Shown piece by piece: positions 1 to 11,378 of a stretch of 64,000 nucleotides of DNA. The stretch covers positions 71,858,001 through 71,922,000 of the forward strand of contig CM060731.1 in assembly GCA_030704615.1 (NCBI GenBank), in the 5' to 3' direction. The stretch's first letter is position 1, and every line of letters begins with the position of its first letter. The stretch is from Takakia lepidozioides (Eukaryota; Plantae; Bryophyta). Both the position numbers and the translations under genes were made by a program. The notes under the pieces were generated by a model. It was not told the DNA's origin and did no database searches. It saw only the letters and a program-made list of their open reading frames with translations.

Positions 1-970
1 AGTTTCAGGCGTTGTGTGACAAGGCCTTGATAGACCACCGCACCACTTCTCGGGATCATCCTGAGGCCGATGGCTTGGTAGAGAGAGTGGTTCAGACAGT
101 AAAGAGGGGTTTGTGCAAGTATGGCTTGCAGAAGGACACCTAGGAGATTGGGACCTTCAGTTACCCTGGTTAGCCATGGGCTACAGGTTCAGCAAGCAAG
201 CATCACTTGCCTCCTTCGGGGCTATCGTCCTGGGGTTCGGAGATTCAACCCTGGTGACTATGTCTATCTGCAGCAGACTGCTCCTACGACCCTGGATGTG
301 ACTGCAGGACGTGTTATTTTGAGGGTTCGAGAGGTCTTGCCCTCAGGCGTCTTGGTCTTGGAGGGTCGGGATGGCATAACTTGGAAGGACCATGTGCGTA
401 ATTGTGCGCCATGTCACCTTCCGAATGTCGATGGCAGGATTGACCCAAACTGGCAGTGGTATCTGCAGGTTTGAGGTGCATGTTGTGGTCTGGGTCTGCT
501 AAAGGGGCAGCCACCATGCTGGTGTGTGATCGATGCTCTAGAGGTTGGCATATGGGATGCTTGACTCAACCTCTTGAGATGGTTCCAGATGGGGATTGGT
601 TATGTCCACATTGCATTGGATAGTGGGAGTGGATACAACCATGGCAGGCTAACAAGAAACGCCAAGGCCCAGCTACTAGGAGACCTGAACAAACGAGATC
701 CTGACTCAAGTTCACAGATTGCAAGACGGCGACTAACGATGGGGCTACTCTTGTACCCGGCCTCTTGGTCTATAGAGTTTGAGTTCAATAGAGACAGTGA
801 TAGAGGACTTAGTACACAGCTGTGGCTATTACATCTTGTAGCTATCTGGAGGTAGAGGGACCTATCCACCAGCTAGGGGGGCGATTGTGGCAGACTACTT
901 TATTGTGCATATATGTGTGGTGTGGTTTGGACAGCGATGTAGTTGTGTAGCGATATGTATGCGCACGACA
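1..970 (+). mobile_element. 3' end of a degenerate Ty3/gypsy LTR retrotransposon: integrase C-terminal part, PHD finger, PPT and start of 3' LTR
   Basis: Frame from nt 3 reads FQALCDKALIDHRTTSRDHPEADGLVERVVQTVKRGL (integrase core end). 477-614 reads CMLW..MLVCDRCSRGWHMGCLTQPLEMVPDGDWLCPHC (PHD). Purine tract AGGGGGGCGA (875-884) is followed by TG at 886. Frameshifted and internally deleted. Confidence 0.8.
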
Positions 971-989
971 TGGCAAAATGCCTTACATG

Positions 990-1525
990 ATGCATATCTG
1001 GGGAACCTATACATGGTGTAGAATGAAGTTGCAGTCTATCTTGTCATGCCCAAAGTGGGTCACTTGGTTGCATGTTTGGAGTGTGATAAACTGCAGGCCG
1101 GTCCATCAAGATGCTTGTGTACACATGTCTTGAATCTGTACAATGGCAGGCTGTTCTTACCTACCCAAGAGGCCTTGCATGATGCATGTCTTTGGTACTT
1201 ACAAATGGCCAAGTGTGAAGCTGCAATATGTTTTGTCATGACCAAGAAGTTTATTTGGTTGCATGCCTGAAATGTAATTAATGGCAGGCTGGTCCTTCAA
1301 GGTACTTGTATGAAGATATCCTGGATCTGTAGTAGGACAAGTTGTTCTTACCTACCCAAGGAGCCTTGCATGATGCATGTCTTGGGTTACTTACAAATGG
1401 CAAAGACTGAAGCTGCAATATGTTTTGTCATGCCCAAGAAGATAACTTGGTTGCATGTTTGAAATCTGCTAAATTGCAGGCTGGTCCTTCAAGGTGCTTG
1501 TATGAACATACCTTGAATCTGTAGT
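990..1525. repeat. Degenerate ~190-bp tandem repeat, the target into which the gypsy element inserted; continues at 22943-23080
   Basis: The motif GCTGTTCTTACCTACCCAAG..GCCTTGCATG.TGCATGTC recurs near 1150, 1340 and 22950. Confidence 0.65.
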
Positions 1526-2511
1526 TGTCGAGCGGCTTTTACCCACCCATCCCTTCGCTATCCGAGGTAGGAACTCCAAGATAGAAGAGTTGGAAATCTC
1601 TAAGTACTCAGCCCGCTCAGAACAATCAGTCATGACCTACAGCTAGTGTATCATGGGGGTGTTTCCTATTTGTACTCCTTCCCGCATTCATGTTAGCGAG
1701 TTACCTTACTTTCTGCAATTAAGTATCAGTTTGCTTCAGAAATCTATCAGTTCCATCCATTCATTCCACAGCTTTCACTCAGGTCTCTCTACACAGTGTG
1801 AGTATGAAGTTGTATCAGATTAATATCTTCAAGTATCAGGCTGAAGTCATGGTGTCTCTAATCTCTCTACATTACAATTCTACAGCTTGCATTCCTCAAG
1901 TAACAACAGATCGTCACTTCTCCTACTCCGTGCTCTTCATCTTTCCCCTCAGAGATGTGCTCTCCCCCCTATTTCCAAGCCCCCGATGCCAGAATCCCCC
2001 ACCAAGAAGTGATCCCTAGACGTCCCCGCTCTTCGCTTCTTCTACCTCCAAGCTGTTCTAACCGCTTTCCTAACTAACCGTCATCCCTGTAGTACACGTT
2101 CCTTTTTCAGATGTCGTTCCCCTACCGTCGTTCCCTACCAATGATAATTGTTCCCCAGCTGTGCCGAGCTGTGACTGGCTGTATCAGGCTGTGGCGGGCT
2201 GTGACTGGCTGTGTCGGGCTGTGTAGGGCTGTGCGAAGCTGTGGCGGCTGTATCGGGCTGTGACTGGCTGTGTTGGGCTGTGTTGACTGTGCAAAGTTGT
2301 GACGGCTGTGTCGGACTGTGACGGGCTGTGTTGGCTGTGCAAAGTTGTGACGGCTGTGTCGGGCTGTGATGGACTGTGTCGGGCTGTGTATCTCCCCCCT
2401 AAAGCCTATTGCTGTCACCCCTAAGGCTTCTGTTGGTCTCAGTCTGTGTAAAAATTAATGGTACCCCACAGATCCCGTAAAAGCGTCTAAGTCCCAAACA
2501 GCCCTCTAACA
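1526..2511 (-). repeat. 3' LTR of the gypsy element
   Basis: Starts TGTCGAGCGG and ends CTCTAACA; matches 21920-22937; adjacent to the PPT. Confidence 0.95.
2157..2390. repeat. ~10-bp GGCTGTG-type minisatellite inside the LTR (longer copy at 22555-22815)
   Basis: Reiterated GGCTGTG(T/A)/CGGGCTGTG units; the length differs between the two LTRs. Confidence 0.85.
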
Positions 2512-2528
2512 TTTACCCCTCCTCCTCT
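2512..2528 (-). promoter_or_regulatory. Polypurine tract (PPT)
   Basis: Minus strand reads AGAGGAGGAGGGGTAAA immediately before the 3' LTR. Confidence 0.85.
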
Positions 2529-2550
2529 CAAAAAGCCGTGTCCTCACGGT

Positions 2551-3236
2551 TTACTGTTTGGGATTAGCAAACCTTTGTGAGCGAGCACCCTTGTGACGTT
2601 GAGAGTCTCGTGAAGGACTCCGTGTGCAAGCCCGTGTCCTGTCACTGGTTGAGGGAGATGATTGAGCACTACCTGGAAATGTCAGTCCTTCCTTTGGCTG
2701 ATATCGAGGTAATCTTTTAGGCATATGAGACCCCCGTCGCTTCTTCTCTGCCATCTGAATTGCATAGTCCTCTGCCATGTCAAAAGAGTCCGCTGAAGAA
2801 CCAGTAGTACCAGAATCCTCATCGCCTCTCAGGTGTTTTAACGGCCGAACTTTTTTGGAATTCTCTGTGGCATACAATGTGGTCCCACCATGTCTGGAAG
2901 TTTAAACTGTAAAACTTGTTGTAAGCGCTGAATTGCAAAATTGGTGAAGACCCTGAACTCCTTGTCTGTCCAGGTGAGTGGTGTACCAATGACTTATGAA
3001 TTGTGCAAGTTTTTCCATGCCTCATGTCCCTTAAAGAAACGATCGTCAGGCCCGAATTTCTGTGTTGACAAATTGTTCCAGGCCGCATGAAACCATGATC
3101 GAAGTTGGGAGTCCTTTGCATCATTATCTTTGCATCATAGAGGTACATATGAGGTGGCACTGAAGGTAAGACCCAATGATCCCCACTGGAATAACTCAGA
3201 AAGCGCGATTGCATCTTCTGCTGCTCAATGTGATAA
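2551..3236 (-). pseudogene. Distal part of the gypsy 3' extra ORF, cut by the MULE insertion
   Basis: Removing 3237-11378 joins ...CGLYYVACFLARYH|IEQQKMQSRFLSY... in frame; continues via ORFs 2819..3214 and 2551..2877. Confidence 0.7.
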
Positions 3237-5299
3237 GGGGGTTGCTATTCCATGAGCTCATGAGCGGTGAGCTCATGAGCTCATGAGCGGGCATGGCTCA
3301 CCCATGAGCCGCAAAGTACACACTTCGAATTTTTCGGCAGATTTTTTTCGGGCCCAAAACTACATAAATATAATCAAAAATCGAAGATTTCCGCGCTCCA
3401 TGCGGAAGCACTTCCGCTCATGAGTACCAGTGTACGCTCATGACTTGGAGCCCAGCTCATGGACCGCTAGGCCAGGTCATAGAAAAACTGTTCTGGGCAA
3501 TAACGGCACCGAAATTATCCCAGAGGCAGAGACGCAAAGCGGAATTAGGATCCGGGTTTGCAGACTCCGAAAACACAATGGCGACCTATAACCGTGGATA
3601 GTACTGTTGCAGAAGTGCATGATGGTTGGGTATAACGGCGCCGTAATTGGGCACAGGAAAAGAAATAGCCGGCTGAAGGCTTCGGGAGTGAAGCCAACAA
3701 CGGTGAAAGAAATTGGGCTAACCAAATCCGCCAACCAAATACCCCCGGCTTGCATCCTCCGGAGTGCAGGCGATAACGGCGCCGAAATGGGCGCCGAAAA
3801 TCAAATACAAGGTTGAAGCCACCGGAGTGCAACCGATAACGCAACGCCAAATTTGGGTCCGGAAACCAAATACCCGGCTGAAGGCTAGGGATTGCAACCA
3901 ATAACGACGCACGCGCCGAAATTGACCTGCGGAAACAAAATTCTCGCTGAAGCTTCCGCACTCCATCCAATAACGAGACGCCAAAAATTGGGCTCCGGAG
4001 AGCAAATACCCCCCTTACGGTAAGGGAGCCTGCTCTCATTTTGCTCTTCACTCTTCTCTGTTGTGCCCACTCCCTCCCTGCTTTGAGTTCGTGCTATGTC
4101 GTGAGGCCATGTCGTGCCCGAATCACATCTATCGACGCCAGACGGGAGTCATTTTCCCGAAAGCAGACGACATCATTGTTTTCCTGGATGTTTTTAGGGA
4201 CGATCCTCGACTTGTCAGCTGAGAGCAATGGAGTTTCTTCCAGGATTGCACGATTCTCCTGGACCCCGGCTGGGGAGAGGTGGTTCCCTACGCATCATGG
4301 ACCTGGACTTTCCGCATGAGTGGGAGCCGAACAGATCACGCACAGCGTTGCTGTATCGCTGGAATTGTTGCGAGTGGACGTATGATGAGTGCATAGGTGA
4401 AAACTAAACTTTACGCGGGACGGACGGCTCGGAAAGTGGGGACATTCTCTTCATTATGAGGATGAGGAGGAGGGGAACACAGGGCCCACTGTGAAAATGT
4501 CCTTCTACCAAGGGGGCCTATCGAAACACGACATCCTCGTTAGTTTCAACCGGGCGACAGAAACCACTGACATTTTTGTTCAAATATAGGCACCCGGTCA
4601 CTCAGGAGGTCCTTGGAGGCCAGTTAGAGTTCCTTCTTCTTGGCGAAGGGACCATAGGCTTGCATGCTAGAGTAGACATGTTCGACTCGCCGACACTCAT
4701 GGCACCATACTTTTCATTCAGAAATCAAGCAGCTTCCCTGTGCCTATGGGGAATATACATGCTTGGATAATCTTTGTTAGGTTTTTTGCAATTCACTGCC
4801 AGTATGCTGGGACGTGTCCTTTGTCGTATGGATTGCTGTTTGCACAAAGTGCAGTATGCAATGCTAAATGTGCAGTATGACCCTTCCCCACTGGGAAACA
4901 GAACTAGCAATCTGTAAAGAACATCACATTTTCAGAACAGTAACAATGTATTTTTACAAATTGGAGTCTTCTCATAGAGGTGGACAAAAACGCCAGGATG
5001 GGCTGCCGAAATCACTCACAAATTGAATGAAGAGCTTAACAAGAAGCACTATGCATCATAGAACCATAAACGGCGCTGAAATAGGTCTCAATGCCCGTTA
5101 ATCTCACACACTGTATGCTTTTCACTCCCGGATCCATTTTTAGACAAACCAAAAAATAAAAAAAGACATGCGCATGCCATTCATGGCCAAAACCACATTC
5201 TCCTGTATTGCGGCAACCAAAATTCACATCGTAGCCATGGCGATGCTGCACCACCAAGTGTATAATTCCTCCAAAAAAAATAGGGTGCAAGAAAATGAA

Positions 5300-5760
5300 T
5301 GTAATATAATTGCCACTTTCTATTCCTCTTCCCCTGTGGAATGGCAGCAGTCCGACCAGTGTCCTGCCGTAGGGCCTTGTGCAGCTCGTGAAACTCAGTG
5401 TTGGAGCATGGATGAAGACGTCCACTGCGGAATATGCCACTCATGCGCTTCAGAAAAATGTAATAAAGGTGTTTGCATGGGACGTATGCTGCATTCTTTG
5501 ATTCCATAACAAGGAGTCCTCACAGTTGCAAGCTGGTACTGTGAAACACCGTGATTGTATACCGACACTGCGCGCAGCAGACCCGGCTGTTGACAACTGA
5601 AATATGCGCCCCATCCCGGGGTGAGGAACATCCCTGCAACCTTGCACTATGCAGGGGCATTGCAAGAGCGTTGGCCATCCTGGTGTCGTTCGCCTTTGTT
5701 GGTGGCCGCCGTCTTTTTTCAGTTCCCCCCCGATGGGTGGGCCAAGCTGCGGGGTCACCC
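5300..5760 (-). pseudogene. C-terminal SWIM zinc-finger exon of a MULE transposase (frameshifted remnant)
   Basis: Pieces RRRPPTKANDTRMANALAM / DVPHPGMGRIFQLSTAGSA / PACNCEDS / YVPCKHLYYIFLKR / VDVFIHAPTLS align with ORF 34386..35120. No DDE core found in this copy. Confidence 0.85.
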
Positions 5761-6139
5761 ACCGGTATGCGGGGCGAAGAGCTTCTCGTGGGAGGAGGAT
5801 GACGACTGCGAATTGGATTTCGTGGAACGTATTTTAGCTTTCAGAGAATGAGGATGGAAGTAACACGTTTAACCAAACACGGAGTCCATGTTGAAGACGG
5901 GACCTCTCGGTACGCTCCACAGCGAAGTCCTGCAGTGATAAGAGTGTGTCCTACCTAATAACACAAATGATTTTCTGGAGGATTCCGTATCCAACAGGAT
6001 GGGTGATCAGTGCACGTAAAGATGAAGGTATTGTAACGTACGTTACAAAAACGGACGACAACAGCAAGTTCACATCGGATATTTTGGTGCCTGAATTGTA
6101 ATGTACAACCACTTGGGCTACAATAAATCAGGCCTTCCC

Positions 6140-8365
6140 ATGAATTTCGGCACCGAAATCTGGATGAACATCTCCTGTCATGTAACAACTTTGGAAGCCA
6201 GGGGATGAATTCCGGCGACAGAAATAGTAATTTGTTCACCTCATGAAACTGACCAAGCATCCAACGGATGGATTTCAGTGCCGAAATTCGGATGAAATCT
6301 TCTCATCAAATTGTTTTCTGCACTGATGGTTGAATTTGGATGCCAAAATACAGATGAATTGTTCCTGATTACAGTCGTGATTCACCACGTGTCCGGATAT
6401 CGCTGCCGACATCCGAATGACAGTAATCCTGATCGGCAGAATGGATGTATTTCGGCGCCGAAATTCATTCTTCATCTCCTTTTCCGACCCTAATTCTGCT
6501 GCCCTGCGGATGGATTTCGGTGCCGAAATTCATCTGAAGTTTTTTTTTTTTTTTTTTTTTTCTTTGCGACAGATGAACTTCGGCGCCGAATCTCATCCAA
6601 GTCCTCCCTTCTAATTTTCCTTTTTCTTCGCGGAGCATGAATTTCGCCGCCGAAATTCATCCGAAGTCCTCCCGAATTTATTTTTTTCTCCGCGAGCAAT
6701 GAATTCGGCGCCGATTCATCCGAAGTCCTCCCGAAATTATTTTTTTCTTCGGGAGCAATGATTTCGGCGCCGAAATTCCATCCGAAGTCCTCCCGAAATT
6801 ATTTTTTTTCTTCGGGAGCAATGAATTTCGGCGCCGAAATCATCCGAAGTCCTCTCATTTTTTTTTTTTTCTTTCGAGAGCAATGAATTTCGGTCGGCGC
6901 CTAAATTCAAACCGACTCCATCCCTCCAAATTCTTTTCAGGGTTTGAGCGCCGGATTTCGGCGCCGAAATTCATCCAATGCCCTCCCCTCCAATATTTAT
7001 TTTTCTTTGAAAAGGATGAATTTCGGCGCCGAAATTCAATCCAGAGCGAAGACTTAAATCGCACCATGCTATGCTTTGCCGCCATCCATTGCCCCTGACG
7101 GATTGCTGTCCATGCCTGTTGGACTTGCCATTTCTGGACATTTAACTATAATTTCGGCGCCGAAATTATACTTTATGTGCGGCAACGTCCCGTGCGAAAA
7201 AGACCACTTAATGGATACTGTCGGTTTCAAATGAAAAAAACGGCTAAAATACAATTAATTTTGACAGAATGGGTTCAATATGCCGATTTCTCCATTAAAT
7301 GCAGAATATTCCTGTTATCTTCGTCGGAACGGGGTATTTCCAACGATTTACGGAAAATTATATCATCCAGAAGCAAATAGTAAGTGTCGGGTTTGGACGA
7401 ATTTCGGCGCCGAAATTCATCCGTCGCATAGAAAATGTAATATTAGAGTTACTCATTGCGGACAGTAAGGATGAATTTCGGCGCCGAAATTCATCCTTTT
7501 CAAAGAAAAATAAATATTGGAGGGAGGGCATTGGATGAATTTCGGCGCCGAAATCCGGCGCTCAAACCCTGAAAAGAATTTGGAGGATGGAGTCGGTTGA
7601 ATTTCGGCGCCGAAATTCATTGCTCGCGAAGAAATTTTTTTTTTTTCGGGATGACTTCGGATGAATTTCGGCGCCGAAATTCATTGCTCGCGAAGAAAAA
7701 AAAAAAATTCGGGAGGACTTTGGATGAATTTCGGCGCCGAAATTCATTGCTCGCGAAGAAAAAAATAAAATCGGGGGGACTTCGGATGAATTTCGGCGCC
7801 GAAATTCATTGCTCCCGAAGAAAAAAAAAATTTCGGGAGGACTTCGGATGAATTTCGGCGCCGAAATTCATTGCTCCGAAAAAAAAAAAATTTCGGGAGG
7901 ACTTCGGATGAATTTCGGCGCCGAAATTCATTGCTCCCGAAGAAAAAAAAATAATTCGGAGGACTTCGGTAATTTCGGCGCCGAAATTCATTGCTTGCGG
8001 AGAAAAAAATAAATTCGGGAGGACTCTGGATGAATTTCGGCGCCGAAATTCATTGCTCACGAAGAAAAAGAAAAATTAGAAGGGAGGACTTGGATGAGAT
8101 TCGGCGCCGAAGTTCATCTATCGCAAAGAAAAAAAAAAAAAAAAAAGACTTCAGATGAATTTCGGCGCCGAAATATGGATGAAATGTGCCCAAGTGCAGC
8201 CGTTTCCACTGTTCCGGAATTAATTCCGGCTCCGATATCCCACTGACAGTTTTGCTCATGACGAATGAGGACTTGGGAAGCGATGAATTGCGGCGCCGAA
8301 ATTTGTAAGTTTGTGTTCGAAAGCACTGGAATAGGATGAATTTCGGCGCCGAAATTCATCCGTCC
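6140..8365. repeat. Array of about 30 palindromes (GG)ATGAATTTCGGCGCCGAAATTCAT(CC), mostly in ~60-bp A-tract units, forming a large inverted repeat
   Basis: Perfect 24-28-bp palindromes visible. Arms ~6505-7040 and ~7465-8175 are reverse complements. Confidence 0.95.
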
Positions 8366-9479
8366 GCTGATGAAACGTACCGACCTGACTGTTGAATGTC
8401 ATAGGCAGGGGATTTTCATGGTGGTTGGGTTTCATGATGTGCGGATATTTCATTCAATGTCGGCAACTCCGGGAACAGCATCCGGTGAACGGAAGGTATT
8501 TCGGTGCCGCAATTCGGATAAACCATCTTGTACTGGTGGCTGGAACTGACACGCGTCGTGTTCCAGTCGACTTCATCCGTGCGAACGTGTCAGGGGTCAC
8601 AATCTCTTCATCACCCATACGGCAGAAAGTGGTGGACGGTGGCAACGTTTCGGGAGACGTGGCTGCTTACACATCTGCTCGTGTAGAGTGGTTGCATGTT
8701 CCACCGCTTCGCTCTCTCGCTCCTTGCCCTTCTGCAGTGACATTCTCCTGCGTTTCCTCTCCTTATGCGGCATAGTGGTAGCATAGAGTTTGTGGAAGGT
8801 CAGGTGACTCCGGCAAAGAGAAGGAGGACGCGGGATTTTGGGAAGCCGCCGATGACACGACTTAAGCTCCGTCTCATGCATGAAATGTAGACCTCGTTAT
8901 CCGGAGACTCGGATCGCCCACCAGTGAGAGATTCGTGCTTTGCGGATGTGAAGCACTCCATACGCAATATTCCTTTTACACCTTTTTTTTTGCGTGCAGT
9001 GTCTCATGTTTTCCTGTTTGTTTGACATGGGAGCTGGGGAGGGATCGCAGGGGGGCGAAGCAACACAGTCAACTTTGGATACTCCTGCCCGGGTGCTGCG
9101 CTCGCAAGGTGGAAGTGCATCGAGGCAGGCGATCCTCATTCAACACCTCAGATATCGCCTCAGAAAAGCCCACCTAGAGTTCGGAAGTCGAGGAAGCAGA
9201 AGGAGCCCATGGCTTCGCCAGTAAAACCCCTAGGGAGACTGGAAGCAGAGATATTGGGTTTGCAGTCAATTTCAAAAACACGGATGCGGTGGAGGCCGCT
9301 GGAGATGTGGGAGTTGGATCTGCAGAAGGGCGGCCCATTGAGCTGACAGAAGGAGAGGACGACAACGTGGTACAACTTGGCGACGATCAGAACCTGCTGG
9401 AGCTTGCGGAGGAGCAAAACCTCCAGGACATTTCCTTCTCTGCAGACTCTTATCTTTCAGGCATTTTGCTTCGTGAAGA

Positions 9480-10640
9480 AACATTAGAAATTCAAATTAC
9501 GTGAAACAGGAAGACTTGTTGATTCCATAGTTGATCCACTGGAGTATAACGTCCTGTTCAACCATGTGGGAGAGAAGGACATTCTTTGTGATTTGTCGGG
9601 CAAGCCATGGAGGTATGGCAGGACCAGGAGTCCTGCATTCATCCCAGACGCTCATGGAAACATGTACGGATGTTGAAGGCAGGGTCCTCGACATCACTGC
9701 AAATACAGGTGAGAACGTTAATTGAATGCGGCACCAAAATTGACACCATTTCCGTTTGTGTATGTTTGCTTGTGCGAGGAAGCGACTCATTCTTGAGTTT
9801 GGTTGTGGTTGTGTCGTATGAATTTGCAATGCCTGTATGTGGGCGGGAAGGATGTCGAACCGATTTGTGTTCTCATTTGAGGGGGATACGGCCTTGTACG
9901 ATTACAATTTGGCGGGCCTTCAGCGTTTGCCTCCGACTGAGGATCCCAAAAACGCAGAAGATGACGTGGAAGGGGAGGAGGAAGATGAAGAGGAGGAAGT
10001 CCAGGAAATTCGTTCGATGCAGGGGCGCCCGAAGCCGCTTCCCCCAATGCCTGTCTTCGAGTGAGTTACACCATAGTAAGTGTATTGGTTTCGGTTGTAG
10101 GGACCATGCAACCTGCCGATGATTCCCTGTTTGAATTCTCTAATGTACTTCATTCTATGTTTGTGCGTACACTCAGCCTTGCAGAGTCGTCCGACGAGGA
10201 GAAGCTAGGAGACTTGCCCGAATCGGACCCTGTTGCAGAGGAAGAGACAGAATCGCATCGGCCATTCTTTGCCAGAAAATCGTTTCTCGCGAGTCCCTAA
10301 AAGCCTTTTTTTCTACCAGCCTATGCAGACACGGCTGCCAGAGAAGCCATCAGCAGGGAGGATAGGCCTACTCGGTTAGAGCAATTGACATACGGGAATG
10401 AGCAGAGAATTATAATGAGGCGTGAGGCCAAACATAGAATTGTGAAAGGCAGAGTAGGAAGTTCGTAATAGAATCCGCGTCCGAGAGCGAGGGGAATGTT
10501 GAGGACACTTCCGCACGCAGGTGGACAGTTCCGGCTGGTGAGGATGGTATTTTTGAGGGGAGGGCTTCTCAGAGTAACAGCGGTAGCGGCAGTGCAGGTT
10601 CGGAGGCAGGTGGAAGGCAGCCATCCTTGCATGAGGCTGG
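9480..10640 (+). pseudogene. 3' exons of the ParB-methyltransferase-like gene (motif X-I part and acidic tail)
   Basis: GRLVDSIVDPLEYNVLFNHV..GKPWRYGRTRSPAFI(fs)QTLMETCTDVEGRVLDITANTG, then MWAGRMSNRFVFSFEGD. Splice donors at ~9709 and ~10061 match the intron positions in 46159-47295. Confidence 0.85.
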
Positions 10641-11378
10641 GGATGCATCGGACAGTGATAGCGGATCCTCACCATAACAAAGTCTCATTTGGATCCTTTT
10701 GTTGTACAGTTCTGAAACACTTAATGAAAATATTGACGATTTGAAAAATCATTGTGTTCAGACTGCTTGTCCGATTCCCTACATTTCTTCCGCCAACCAA
10801 AATGTATAATAAAAGCAGAAGAGACGCAAACTTCATTGAAGAACCCTACAAGTAATTTATGCACACCATCAAGCCGAGAACTTGAAGCCATGAAAACCCT
10901 GCCGTTTCTAACATTCCTATTGGGAAATTTGGCGCCGAAATAGCCCAATGCGCGCCTTCGTTATATGGGCCTCAAAAATTCCACGGATGAATTACTGTAC
11001 CAAAATATCGCGATGGAAGCCTTCAGCACAAGGCACTTCAGCACATTCCACTTGGGTATTTCGGCGCCCAAATAGCCCGTTCTGCGCCATTAAATACCGC
11101 ACTATATCACATTTTAAGAGGTAATTTCGGTGCCAAAATACCCCGGTGGATGTCTTCAAAACACCATTTTAGCACACTGCTCTTGGGAATAATGGCGCCG
11201 AAATACCTCATTCCGCATCCTGGACCAGGAGAAACAGACCCTATTACCGAGGTAAGAGGACATAACACTGTCAATAAAGGCAGGAAAATTCCAATTCCGC
11301 GGATGTCCGCTCATGAGCTCATAGGCTCATGGGCTCATGCGCTCATGCGCTCATGAAATAGTAAACCTCATGTGATAA

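Larger units (their letters stand above)
3237..11369. mobile_element. Non-autonomous Mutator-like element (8.1 kb), sister subfamily of 33613-47515
   Basis: 9-bp TSD ATGTGATAA (3228-3236 and 11370-11378). Imperfect 21-bp TIRs GGGGGTTGCTATTCCATGAGC and GAGGTTTACTATTTCATGAGC (rc). CATGAG subterminal repeats. Homologous SWIM and methylase exons. Confidence 0.92.

Noticed and set aside
6140-8365. CRISPR-like array (palindromic repeats at ~60-bp period; also 39620-40440 and 44030-44915)
   Set aside because: The intervening sequences are near-identical repeats rather than unique spacers, there are no cas genes, and the context is a eukaryotic transposon.
6275-8453. Numerous short ORFs with MNFGAEIH/EFRRRNS (and MEIRRRIS/WKFGAEF at 38149-40684)
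   Set aside because: Translation artefacts of the palindromic repeats on both strands.
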